A DNA stretch of 22,677 nucleotides from an uncultured delta proteobacterium (lineage in GTDB: Bacteria > Desulfobacterota > Binatia > UBA9968), in contig CAWJZV010000037.1 of assembly GCA_963847445.1 (NCBI GenBank), positions 1 through 22,677 on the forward strand, read 5' to 3'. Shown here piece by piece: positions 1 through 8,781 of the stretch. Below the pieces are notes generated by a model, which did no database searches, had not been told where the DNA came from, and saw only the letters and a list, made by a program, of their open reading frames with translations. The position numbers and the translations under genes were made by a program. Within the stretch, counting starts at the first letter, position 1. Every line of letters begins with the position of its first letter.

Positions 1-71
1 AAGCAAATGGGCGCAGTTCGAATTGAGATCCCGCACCATCGTTCGGCATGACAGCTATCTCGGCGACACCT

Positions 72-335
72 TGTCATTTCGACTGGAAGGAGAAATTATC
101 CGATTCCGAATTCCCCGCCGTCATTCCCGCGCACGCGGGAATCCAGGTTTATTCCCGTGAATCGAAGATGGATTCCCGTTGTCACGGGAATGACGGAATG
201 AGGCTGCGGCGCGATGCGGGATTTGGTGCGAAGAGAGAAGTGCAGGTTGCGAAGGATACGATGGATTCACCAAGAAGAGCACGTAGGATGGAATAATTTT
301 CCGAACTTCGTGCTCTTAGTGTCCTTCGTGGCGAA
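72..335. repeat. Cluster of short palindromic intergenic repeats (GTCATTTCGAC half unit, GTCATTCCC inverted doublet, TTCACCA-GAAG/CTTCGTGG unit)
   Basis: 118-196 has perfect inverted ends CCGTCATTCCCG...CGGGAATGACGG and two ATTCCC-N8-GGGAAT hairpins. 119-150 is identical over 32 bp to 11167-11198. 266-335 is a TTCACCAAGAAG...CTTCGTGGCGAA unit related to 20897-20937. Confidence 0.9.
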
Positions 336-348
336 AGGTGTTTTCTGA

Positions 349-1068
349 CTACTTCCCCAAGCCGAACTCGCGCAGCACGCTTTCTAACGTATCGAAGTCG
401 GCTAACGTGCGCAGCGACGCGAAGGTCGGGAAGATCATCGGTAGCTCGCCGCGATGGCACAGCTGCATGGCGCGGTCGGGAGTGAGCCAGACGCTGTGGG
501 CGACTTCGTAGGAAGTCGCCAGCGGCGTCTGGCCCGGCGGCAGAGCGGCGAGAAAAAAGCGCGTGTCGAAACGCATGGCGAACCGCGCTGGTGTCTGCCA
601 GTAGGAGAAATGGCTCAAGCTACCGAGATCGCAGTAAAGCTGTTCTCCTTCCAACAGTGCAGTGAAGCTGAGGGTTTGGTTTGACAACTCGCCATGGCGC
701 TCGGCCAAGCGGGCGGCGCGTTCCGGGGTCGTGGAGAGTTTCGCGCCGGACGGTTCGGCGGCGAGAAGCACGCCGACTTCCTCGAAGACCTCGCGCACAG
801 CGGCGATCCACAGGCCGATGGCTTCTTCCGGGGCAAAAGCGGCGCCGATGATCTGGCGCGCCTGTTTAGGCGTCCGGCCCACCGTCCGGGCGATCGCCGC
901 CGCGCGGCAGTCTTGTTTGCTCACGGTGCCGCCGGGATAGCAGTACATGCCGCCTAAAAATGGCATGGCGTCGGGCCGGCGGGTGAGAAATACTTCGAAG
1001 CCGCGGAGCTCGGCTGGACGCAGGAGAATCACGGTGGCAGCCTGTTTGGGTTTGCTCGGCTCGCTCAT
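349..1068 (-). CDS. NUDIX hydrolase, NUDT19-like (acyl-)CoA diphosphatase type
   Basis: AATVILLR...LTRR...FLGGMYCYPGG, split Nudix box AAVREVFEEVG, W-x-TP...RFDTRFF, FPT. Start set at 1068 because its ATG overlaps the upstream TGA (ATGA, 1065-1068). Confidence 0.88.
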   Translation of the reverse strand: MSEPSKPKQAATVILLRPAELRGFEVFLTRRPDAMPFLGGMYCYPGGTVSKQDCRAAAIARTVGRTPKQARQIIGAAFAPEEAIGLWIAAVREVFEEVGVLLAAEPSGAKLSTTPERAARLAERHGELSNQTLSFTALLEGEQLYCDLGSLSHFSYWQTPARFAMRFDTRFFLAALPPGQTPLATSYEVAHSVWLTPDRAMQLCHRGELPMIFPTFASLRTLADFDTLESVLREFGLGK

Positions 1069-1841
1069 CGGATCGCCAAACTCACTGGGCCGGTAAAACT
1101 GTTTTGACAAGGCGGGCCGGGACAGAAAAAAGTATCGAAGCGCGAGCGCGCCGCGGCTAATGCGACCACGCTCGACGACACCGTGCCAGTAGTCTCGCGG
1201 TGCACGCAAATCGCGTCGCCGGGGTCAATGGAGCCTTCGCGCAACGTGTGATCGGCGAGGACGGCACGCAGATCACTCAGCCAATTCGCTGGCTCGGCGC
1301 GGCCTATGAGTGTGCGATCTTTCAAATGGGCGAAGCGCGGATGGGCGCGATCGGCCTTGGCCGAGTTCAAATCGAGCTCTGCGGCGCTGCTGAAAACATG
1401 GAGGCCGGGTTCCAGCCGCCTGCTGACGATCTTGCTGTCGTGATTGTTGTAAGCCACCCAGGCTGATTGACGGTCGGCGAAAACGACCGTGAAAGGATTG
1501 TAAGCGGTGCTGTGACCGGCGATGAACTGCACGCCCTCGGCGGCGCTTTTGCGTTGCAACAGGTCCATGCACAACAAGCCGCGCGAACGGGTCAACGTCG
1601 GTGGCAGTCCATCGCTTCCATTCTCATTTTGACGCCGATTCAAGATGCCGACCAGCAAGCCATGGTCATTGACACCCAACCAGGTGCCGCCAACGCGCAG
1701 ATCGCGCCCGGCAACGATGCGCGGATCGCCGGCTATCTGCGCCGGCGGCGCCGATGGCCGATCGAAGTGTTCGTCCCGATTGGCCGCCACCAGCAGCGGC
1801 AAATCGGCAAAAACCTGAAGATAAAGCGCCAAGGTGCACAT
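1065..1841 (-). CDS. NRDE family (TANGO2/DUF833) protein
   Basis: N-terminal MC, ANRDE motif, GRDLRVGGTWLG, SRGLL, C-terminal GTVSSSVV. Confidence 0.93.
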   Translation of the reverse strand: MCTLALYLQVFADLPLLVAANRDEHFDRPSAPPAQIAGDPRIVAGRDLRVGGTWLGVNDHGLLVGILNRRQNENGSDGLPPTLTRSRGLLCMDLLQRKSAAEGVQFIAGHSTAYNPFTVVFADRQSAWVAYNNHDSKIVSRRLEPGLHVFSSAAELDLNSAKADRAHPRFAHLKDRTLIGRAEPANWLSDLRAVLADHTLREGSIDPGDAICVHRETTGTVSSSVVALAAARSRFDTFFCPGPPCQNSFTGPVSLAIR

Positions 1842-1895
1842 GATTCAATGATTTACCGAATGGTTAGTGCTTGTGCAAACTTCGAACATTTCATG

Positions 1896-2389
1896 CACCA
1901 CGAAGGACCTAGCGCGGCGAAGCCGCAACCAAAAGGGAAAGACCTTTTCACCACGAAGTGCTTCATGGGCTTACGCTCGTCTACTGATCATGAAAATACC
2001 GGAAGCCCTCTCCCGAGGGTTCATTCCTTAGACTCGTCATGCCGGCGCAGGCCGGCATCCAGGGGCGCGAGGGGGGATGGATACCGGCCTGCGCCGGTAT
2101 GACGGAACAGAGAGTCGTTATCGATATGCATATCATCCCCTCACATGAATTTTCGAAGGAGGACACGAAGATCACGAAGGTTGGAGTTCAAATTATCCGA
2201 ATTATCCGAACCCTTCGTACTACTATCCGTGATAGTTTGCGCGGCTTGCGCAAATTTCTCGATGCGCCAAAGCCAAGAGGGCGGGTTTCAAACCCGCCCC
2301 TACGACTCCCGATATTTTTGGCGCTCTTTGCGTTCTTTGCGGGAATTATTCTGTTCGGTTGCGGCGCAGCGCGCGTGATCTTCGTGGTG
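1896..2389. repeat. Nested composite palindromic element (copy A)
   Basis: Terminal inverted repeats CACCACGAAG/CTTCGTGGTG. Second layer GCGCGGCGAAGCCGCAACC (1912-1930) / GGTTGCGGCGCAGCGCGC (2357-2374). Inner GTCAT...ATGAC doublet 2035-2104. GTAG-type REP hairpin 2279-2303. The last ~150 bp resemble 11321-11468 and 19753-19903. Confidence 0.88.
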
Positions 2390-2502
2390 CCCACGAACTT
2401 GGCTTTTTTGCAGCAGGCGAAAAGCTTTTCAAGCTCGCTCTAAGCCTTGATTGTTGTTGAATATTGTTTGTGTTAGCTTCGATAAATTCGGAAAGGGCAA
2501 CC

Positions 2503-3459
2503 ATGTTTCAATCTGTTGACGAAGTGATCGCCGGGCTGGCTACGCAGAAGTATCTGTGCAACAAGAACGTCGCTACCGTGGTCTATCTGGGCACGTCGCT
2601 GCAAAAACCGCTGTTGGTTGAAGGCCCAGCGGGGGTAGGGAAGACCGAACTGGGCAAGGTGTTGGCGGACTCTCTCGGCATGGAGCTGATTCGCCTCCAG
2701 TGCTACGAAGGGCTCGACGAGGCTAAAGCTCTGTACGAATGGGAGTACGCCAAGCAACTGCTCTACACCCAAATCTTGAAAGACAAGATCGGCGAGATCC
2801 TGGAGGGCGCCAAAACCTTACAGGAAGCGGTCGACCATGTCGCTAACCAGGATGGCGTGTTTTACTCCGATCGCTTTCTCCTGCCGCGGCCATTGCTGCG
2901 CGCGGTCTTGTCGGAAAAGCCGGTGGTCCTGTTGATCGACGAGATCGATAAGTCGGACGCCGAGTTCGAGGCCTTTTTGCTCGAAGTGTTGAGCGACTTT
3001 CAAATCACGGTGCCGGAGATCGGCACGCTCAAGGCCAAGCATATTCCGCTGGTGGTGCTGACCAGCAACAACAGCCGGGAAGTGTCCGACGCGCTCAAGC
3101 GCCGCTGTCTGCATTTATTTCTCGACTTCCCCGATCCTGAGCGTGAAAAAGAGATCATCAAGCTCAAGGTGCCCAATGTCGGCGACAAGCTCGCCGATGA
3201 AGTAGTGCGCTTGCTGCACCGCCTGCGCAAGCTCGATTTAAAGAAGACACCGAGCATCAGCGAGAGCCTGGACTGGGTGCGCGCTTTGACGTTGCTCAAT
3301 ATCAAAGACCTCGACAACGAACTGGTCGAGCAGACCATGTCGGCGCTGATGAAGTATGAAGCCGACATCCGCAAGGCACACCAGGAACTCAAGAGTTATC
3401 TAGCTGAGAAGCAAGCCCGGCGTCCCGACGCCAGCAACGATAAGGATCATCTGCATTAG
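2503..3459 (+). CDS. MoxR family AAA+ ATPase (CoxD-like)
   Basis: Walker A EGPAGVGKT, LIRLQCYEG, ALYEWEY, Walker B LLIDEIDK, TSNNSRE, SDALKRRC. ATG 2503 is preceded by GAAAGGG. Confidence 0.95.
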   Translation: MFQSVDEVIAGLATQKYLCNKNVATVVYLGTSLQKPLLVEGPAGVGKTELGKVLADSLGMELIRLQCYEGLDEAKALYEWEYAKQLLYTQILKDKIGEILEGAKTLQEAVDHVANQDGVFYSDRFLLPRPLLRAVLSEKPVVLLIDEIDKSDAEFEAFLLEVLSDFQITVPEIGTLKAKHIPLVVLTSNNSREVSDALKRRCLHLFLDFPDPEREKEIIKLKVPNVGDKLADEVVRLLHRLRKLDLKKTPSISESLDWVRALTLLNIKDLDNELVEQTMSALMKYEADIRKAHQELKSYLAEKQARRPDASNDKDHLH

Positions 3460-3487
3460 CCGCTAGCGCGCGGCGTTCACCAAGACT

Positions 3488-4894
3488 ATGCAAGCGCGGG
3501 TTATCGAGTTCGCCAATGTTTTACGCCGCAACGGCATCCGGGTGTCGTTGTCGGAAAACATGGACGCGTTCCGCGCGCTGGAACTGATCGGCATCGCCGA
3601 CCCGCAAATGTTTCGCAATGCCTTGCGCACCACTCTGATCAAGCGCACCAGCGATCAGAAACCCTTCGATGAACTTTTCGATTATTTTTTCTTGGGCATC
3701 GGCCAGGCCCTCGATGCCATTGACCGCAAGATCATGGAAGAGCTCGGGCTATCGCCGGAAAAGTTTCAGGAGATGCTCGAGCAGATCCAGAAACTCATGA
3801 AGGAGATGGAAGGGGATCTAGCCGATCTCACCAAGGCGCTGCTCAACAATAACCGCGCCGAGCTTGAGCGGTTGCTGCGCCAAGCGATGCAGCAGGAGGC
3901 TCAGGACGGCACGCCGGACAGCCTGCGCCACACGCCCTACACGCGCATGATGATGCGCCTGGGGCTCGACCGGGTGCAGAGCGAGATCGAGCGCTTCCGC
4001 GGCATGCTGCAAATGCTCGGCGAGAACGGCGAGGATCTGCAAAACGTCATGCGCTATTTAGACGAGCGCATGCGCGACTTGAACCGGCTGTTGCGCGAAG
4101 TGATCCAGCAGGAGCAGCGCAAACAGGGCGCTGAACCGCGCGATTACTCCCAGCGCAGCGCGCTGGCGGACAAGAGTTTTTCTTTTTACACCGAAGACGA
4201 TATCCGGCGCATGAACGACGCCGTGGCGCGCCTGGCGCAGCGCTTGAAAAACCGCCTATCGGTGCGGCGCAAAAGAGCCGCCCGTGGCCGCTTCGACGTC
4301 AAAGCGACCTTGCGTAAAAACATGCAATACGGCGGCGTGCCGTTTCTGATTCAACTCGACCGGCGCAAAAAGACCAAGCCGCAGGTGATGGTGCTGTGCG
4401 ATATTTCCGACTCGGTGTTGAACGCCTCGCGTTTCATGCTGCAGTTCGTCTATTCCATCCAGGATCTCTACGCCAAGGTGCGCAGCTTTGTCTTCGTCGC
4501 CGAGATCGGCGAGGTCACCAAGCTCTTCGAAGAACATGACATCCAGACTGCCGTCGAGACCGCTTTGAAAGGGGATGTCATCGACGTTTTCTCCCATTCG
4601 AATTTCGGCCGCGCCTTCGAGCAGTTTCACCGCAACTTTTTCGCCTCGATCACCAGCAAGACCACCGTCTTGGTGATCGGCGACGGGCGCAACAATTACA
4701 ACCGTCCCAACGAATGGGTGCTGCGCGAAGTCAAGCAAAAGGCCAAACAGTTGATCTGGCTCAACCCGGAAAGCCGCATGACCTGGGGCATCGGAGACAG
4801 CGAGATGCCGCGCTACGCGCCCCATTGCCATATCGCCGAGGAGTGCCGCAGCATCAATCAACTTTATAAAATCGTCGATTTGATCGTGCCCTAA
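3488..4894 (+). CDS. VWA domain protein, CoxE-like
   Basis: N-terminal FANVLRRNG, MIDAS DISDS, SNFG, IGDGRNN, WLNPE...WGIGDSEM; lies directly downstream of the MoxR ATPase. Confidence 0.93.
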   Translation: MQARVIEFANVLRRNGIRVSLSENMDAFRALELIGIADPQMFRNALRTTLIKRTSDQKPFDELFDYFFLGIGQALDAIDRKIMEELGLSPEKFQEMLEQIQKLMKEMEGDLADLTKALLNNNRAELERLLRQAMQQEAQDGTPDSLRHTPYTRMMMRLGLDRVQSEIERFRGMLQMLGENGEDLQNVMRYLDERMRDLNRLLREVIQQEQRKQGAEPRDYSQRSALADKSFSFYTEDDIRRMNDAVARLAQRLKNRLSVRRKRAARGRFDVKATLRKNMQYGGVPFLIQLDRRKKTKPQVMVLCDISDSVLNASRFMLQFVYSIQDLYAKVRSFVFVAEIGEVTKLFEEHDIQTAVETALKGDVIDVFSHSNFGRAFEQFHRNFFASITSKTTVLVIGDGRNNYNRPNEWVLREVKQKAKQLIWLNPESRMTWGIGDSEMPRYAPHCHIAEECRSINQLYKIVDLIVP

Positions 4895-4898
4895 GGTT

Positions 4899-6264
4899 AT
4901 GCCGAAAAAGCTTTTTATCCAGACCTACGGCTGCCAGATGAACCAATACGATTCGGAAAAAATCGCCCAGGTCCTGGCGCGCCAAGACTATGTCCGAACC
5001 GATCGTATCGATGGCGCGGATGTGATCCTGCTCAACACTTGCAGCGTGCGCGACAAGGCCGAACAAAAAGTTTACAGCGCGCTCGGCAGCTGGAAGGAAT
5101 TCAAAAACTACCGCGACGGCGTCATCATCGGCGTCGGCGGTTGCGTAGCCCAACAGGAAGGCGAAAATCTCTTAAAGCGCATCCCCCATTTAGATTTGGT
5201 TTTCGGCACCCACAATATTCATAAACTGCCGGAGATGATCGAGCAGGTTGAAATCAGCCGGGCACGCCCGGTGGAGACCGCTTTTTACCGGGATCCGGCT
5301 TACATGGACGATAGCGAACTGCGGACGCAAGTCGACGGCGTCAAGGCTTTTGTGACGATCATGCAAGGCTGTAATAAAGTGTGCAGCTTCTGTATCGTGC
5401 CCCATGTGCGCGGCCGCGAGGTGAGCCGGCCCAGCGCAAAAATTCTCGCCGAAATAGAATCTCTGGCGCGCCACGGCGTCAAGGAAGTCATGCTGCTCGG
5501 CCAAAATGTCAATTCCTACGGCAAACTCACACCTGGCGAGCTGAGCTTTGCCGAGTCTGCTCGCCCAGGTCGACCAGATCGATGGCTTGCGGCGCATTCG
5601 CTTTACCACTTCCCACCCGCAAGATTTGTCGCCCGAGCTGATCGAGGATTTCGCCACGTTGGCAAAATTTATGCGAGCACCTGCATTTGCCGGTGCAGTC
5701 GGGTTCGGACACGGTCCTGGCGCGCATGCGCCGCGGTTATACCAAGGCGGAGTATTCTGGCCCGGCTCAATCGTCTGCGCGATCGTTGTCCGAAAGTGGC
5801 GCTGAGCACCGACATCATTGTCGGCTTTCCCGGCGAAACCGATGGCGAATTCGCCGAGACGCTAGAATTACTCCGCGCGGTGGAGTACGATGATATTTAC
5901 TCGTTCACCTATTCGCCGCGGCCGCAAACCGTCTCCGCGAAAATTTATCCCGACGATGTTCATGACGACGTGAAAAAAGAGCGTTTAAGAATCGGTGCAA
6001 AAATTGCAGCGCGAAATATCTTTGGCGAAAAACCGCCAACGCATCGGCGACCGTGAAGAGGTTCTGGTCGAGGGAGCGGCGAAACTAAAAGCCGAACAAA
6101 TCATGGGCCGCACCCGCGCCAACCGTATCGTCAACCTCACCGGTTCTACCAGTTTGATCGGTGAGTTCGTGCAAGTTCGGATTATCGGCGCTACCGCCAA
6201 CTGATTGCTCGGCGAGTTGATGTGCGCTAATGCTGCGATTAGAGTCCCAGCAAAAAGAGGTTAG
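4899..6264 (+). CDS. miaB: tRNA-2-methylthio-N6-dimethylallyladenosine synthase MiaB (four frameshifts and one in-frame TGA in this sequence)
   Basis: TYGCQMN, LNTCSVR, GCVAQ, radical-SAM [52 protein letters not shown] and a C-terminal TRAM domain. These motifs are spread over frames by +1 shifts near 5556, 5668, 5756 and 5994. TGA 6202-6204 interrupts ATAN-x-LLGEL, and that frame ends at TAG 6262-6264. Confidence 0.93.
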
Positions 6265-6267
6265 GCA

Positions 6268-6797
6268 ATGAGCAAGAAATCAGAATGTATAGAGATGTCG
6301 GTCGGCGGTTTAACCCTCGACCCGGTGACCAAGACACCCATCGTGATCCTCAAAGACAGCGAAAACAAGCTCAATCTGCCAATTTGGATGGCCTGCTGGA
6401 GGCGCACCGCCATGGCGACCGAGATCGAGGGCATAACCATGGCCCGGCCGATGACCCACGATTTGCTCAAGACCTTATTGGGCGAGGTCGGCTGCTCGGT
6501 GCAGTCCATCGAGATCACCGAGCTCAAAGAAAACACTTATTACGCGGCGATTAATCTTACCCTGGCGCGGCGGGCGCCCGCTCATGCTCGACTCGCGCCC
6601 CAGCGATGCCATCGCATTGGCGCTACGCGCCAAATGTCCAATCTATGTCGCCAAGGCGGTGCTGGAAGCATCGAGCGTCTTACAGCAGGACGAAAACCAA
6701 AGACGTGCCGGTTGAGAACGTCTCCAACGTGTCCCAGGAAAAATGGGGCGAGATTCTCGAAAAAATGACCCCGGACGATTTCAAGTACAAGCAATAG
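6268..6797 (+). CDS. Bifunctional nuclease family (DUF151) protein, frameshifted in this sequence
   Basis: PIVILKD...LPIW, RPMTHDL, TYYA, then LDSRPSDAIALALR...PIYV in another frame, and a C-terminal LEKMTPDDFKYKQ ending at 6797. Confidence 0.87.
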
Positions 6798-6870
6798 TTC
6801 GATTTTGCCGGCGTGCTTGATTAACAGTTCAAGTGTTATTGAGAACGCCGCGTAATCCCAATTCAATCCA

Positions 6871-7565
6871 ATGGCCACAACCCAAACTAGAAGAATCAGC
6901 CGTAAAGAACTGCGCCAGCCTGATCGCTTTCAAGTCGCCACTGAGAAGGCGCTGGAATATATCCAATCCCACAAGAATTTAGTCTTCGCTGCGATCGGCG
7001 TGTTAGTGCTGTTCGGTCTGGCAATCTGGGCTGGCAGCTATTTAAGGAAAGGCAAAATGACGCGGCGGCGCTGGAGTTCACCGATGCCACGGCGCTTTAT
7101 CAAGCCGAGAAGTACCGCGAGGCGCTGACAGCCTTCGAAAAGGTTCAATCCTATCGCTGGTCGCGTTACGCCGGCTTGGCCCATCTTTATCAAGCCAATA
7201 CCCATATTGCGTTGGGCGAACTCGACAAGGCGCTGAGTTCGGGTCAACGCGCGGTTACAGCGAGCCGGCCCAACACGCTGTATCGCCAACTAGCTCTGAT
7301 GACCTTGGCCAACGCCGCGGAGCAAAAGAACGACTGTCGCCAAGCTATCGATTCTTACGACGAAGCGCGGAAAATTGTCGCAGCTCAGCAAGACGAAGCT
7401 TTACTCGGTAAAGCACGTTGCCTGGAAAAGACCGGCGATGCAGCCGGCGCCTTGGCAGCCTACAAGGAATATGTAAAAGACCAGCCGGGTTCGATTGCGA
7501 GTGCCAAAGTCGTCGAGCTTGAGGGCAAAGTTTCGACAGCTCCGGTGACACCGGCGGCGAAATAA
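6871..7565 (+). CDS. Membrane-anchored TPR protein (YfgM-like), one frameshift near 7030
   Basis: ISRKELRQPDRF basic N-terminus, one hydrophobic segment, then helical TPR-like repeats that continue in the 7176..7565 frame. Confidence 0.78.
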
Positions 7566-7578
7566 TGAAACATATTTA

Positions 7579-7606
7579 ATGTCTGATAAGATATATTATG
7601 TCAACT
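7579..7606 (+). other. dif site (XerC/XerD chromosome dimer resolution site)
   Basis: ATGTCTGATAA-GATATA-TTATGTCAACT has the 11-6-11 layout of E. coli dif (GGTGCGCATAA-TGTATA-TTATGTTAAAT). The XerD arm matches 9/11. It is intergenic between convergent genes. Confidence 0.88.
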
Positions 7607-7714
7607 TTGATCATCTGCGTTAATTCGGATTTTTGACTGGTCCTATGGCACAGCGCCCTGCACTTCCAAGGCACTTTAATCCCATCCCCACTGAACTCTG
7701 CATCGACCACCGCC

Positions 7715-8709
7715 TCATCGCTTTGCTAACTGATCGATAAAGCCACTGTCGTCGAGTTTTTTCAGTATCGAATGGTTGATCACCATGTCGGGTTTGATCT
7801 TGGCCACTAACGGATCGGATTCGGCGATGAATTCGATCATCGATACAATGCCGGCGCTGTCGACATAAGGTTTTGGCGGCAGCACTTTGAGCGCCGATTG
7901 ATAATGCTCCTCAGCCTTCTCGACTCGATCCGAGTCTTAAATACTTGGCGATGACTTGCTTGACCCGCTCCTTGTTCCGCGGATCGAGACTGAAACTGTT
8001 ACCGGCGACGATGCCCTTTAGCGCCCGCTCGACAAACTCTGGGTCATTCTTGATTGTCCGCTCACGAATGCACATGGTTTGCTGTGGATAGGGAATCGGC
8101 AGCTCGGTGAAATCGGCCAGGATCGAATTACCACGTTCCTTCAGCACGCGGCCCGAGACCGGGATTGACGATGATCGCGTCGCTGCCACCCGACTGCAAC
8201 GAACCGACCCGCGCGGCTTGATTGCCCAATTGAAGAATCGTGATGCGGTCGCGCCGGGCATCGAGGCCCCAATGCTTCAAACCAAGTAACACGGCGTGAT
8301 AGGACGCCGTGCCGGCTTGCGCCGCGCCGATCCGCCTGCCTTTGAGATCTTCGGGTTTCTTGATCGCCGCTGACGTTACCAAGATGTAATTCATCTTATT
8401 GACCATGCCGGCAAACATGGTCAGATCGGCGCCGCGTGCCCGCGCGCTAATCACCGGCTGGCCCGACATGCCCATGATCGGTATGTCTCCCGAAATCAAC
8501 GCTTGGGCACCGCGTGTGCCCCCTTCGATCAAAATCAAATCCGGGTCGCTGCCGTAACGTTTAAACAGCCCCTCTTCTTTAGCAACCCAAAGCGGCGTTT
8601 GATTGGAACTGAAGGAGGAATAACCAAGCAGAAATTTATTCTGCGCCAACCCTAGGGCCTGATAAAGGAGTACGCAGGTGCCAAAAATGAGACCGGATAT
8701 TCGCTTCAT
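7715..8709 (-). CDS. ABC transporter substrate-binding protein, NitT/TauT (NMT1-like) family, two frameshifts (~8147, ~7932)
   Basis: Signal peptide, PLWVAKEEGLFK, ALISGDI, DLKGRRIG. Continues as KERGNSILADF and then as KPYVDSAGI...LDDSGFIDQLAKR, with the stop at 7715-7717. Confidence 0.85.
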
Positions 8710-8781
8710 TTTAAGCTCCTTAGGTGCCGATATCCAATCTAAAACTGAAAATTAGAAAAAGCGACGCTCGGGCGGACGCGA

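Noticed and set aside
1-49. Possible start of a minus-strand gene (MPNDGAGSQFELRPFA...) running off the window
   Set aside because: Only 16 codons with a weak RBS, which is too little to support a call.
1069-1209. 47-aa N-terminal extension of the NUDIX ORF
   Set aside because: It overlaps the NRDE gene, and the ATGA coupling at 1065-1068 gives the better start.
2451-2479. Possible promoter TTGTTG-17-TAGCTT upstream of the MoxR gene
   Set aside because: Plausible, but the match is too weak to report without transcription start data.
6202-6204. In-frame TGA near the end of miaB as selenocysteine
   Set aside because: The position fits Ser in a TRAM-terminal ANSLLGEL-type motif rather than a catalytic Cys. 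No convincing SECIS hairpin follows, and it lies in the error-rich zone.
4899-6264. Programmed frameshifting or true pseudogenisation of miaB
   Set aside because: Four separate +1 shifts, most without slippery sequence, with intact motifs and similar shifts in three neighbouring genes point to sequence error.
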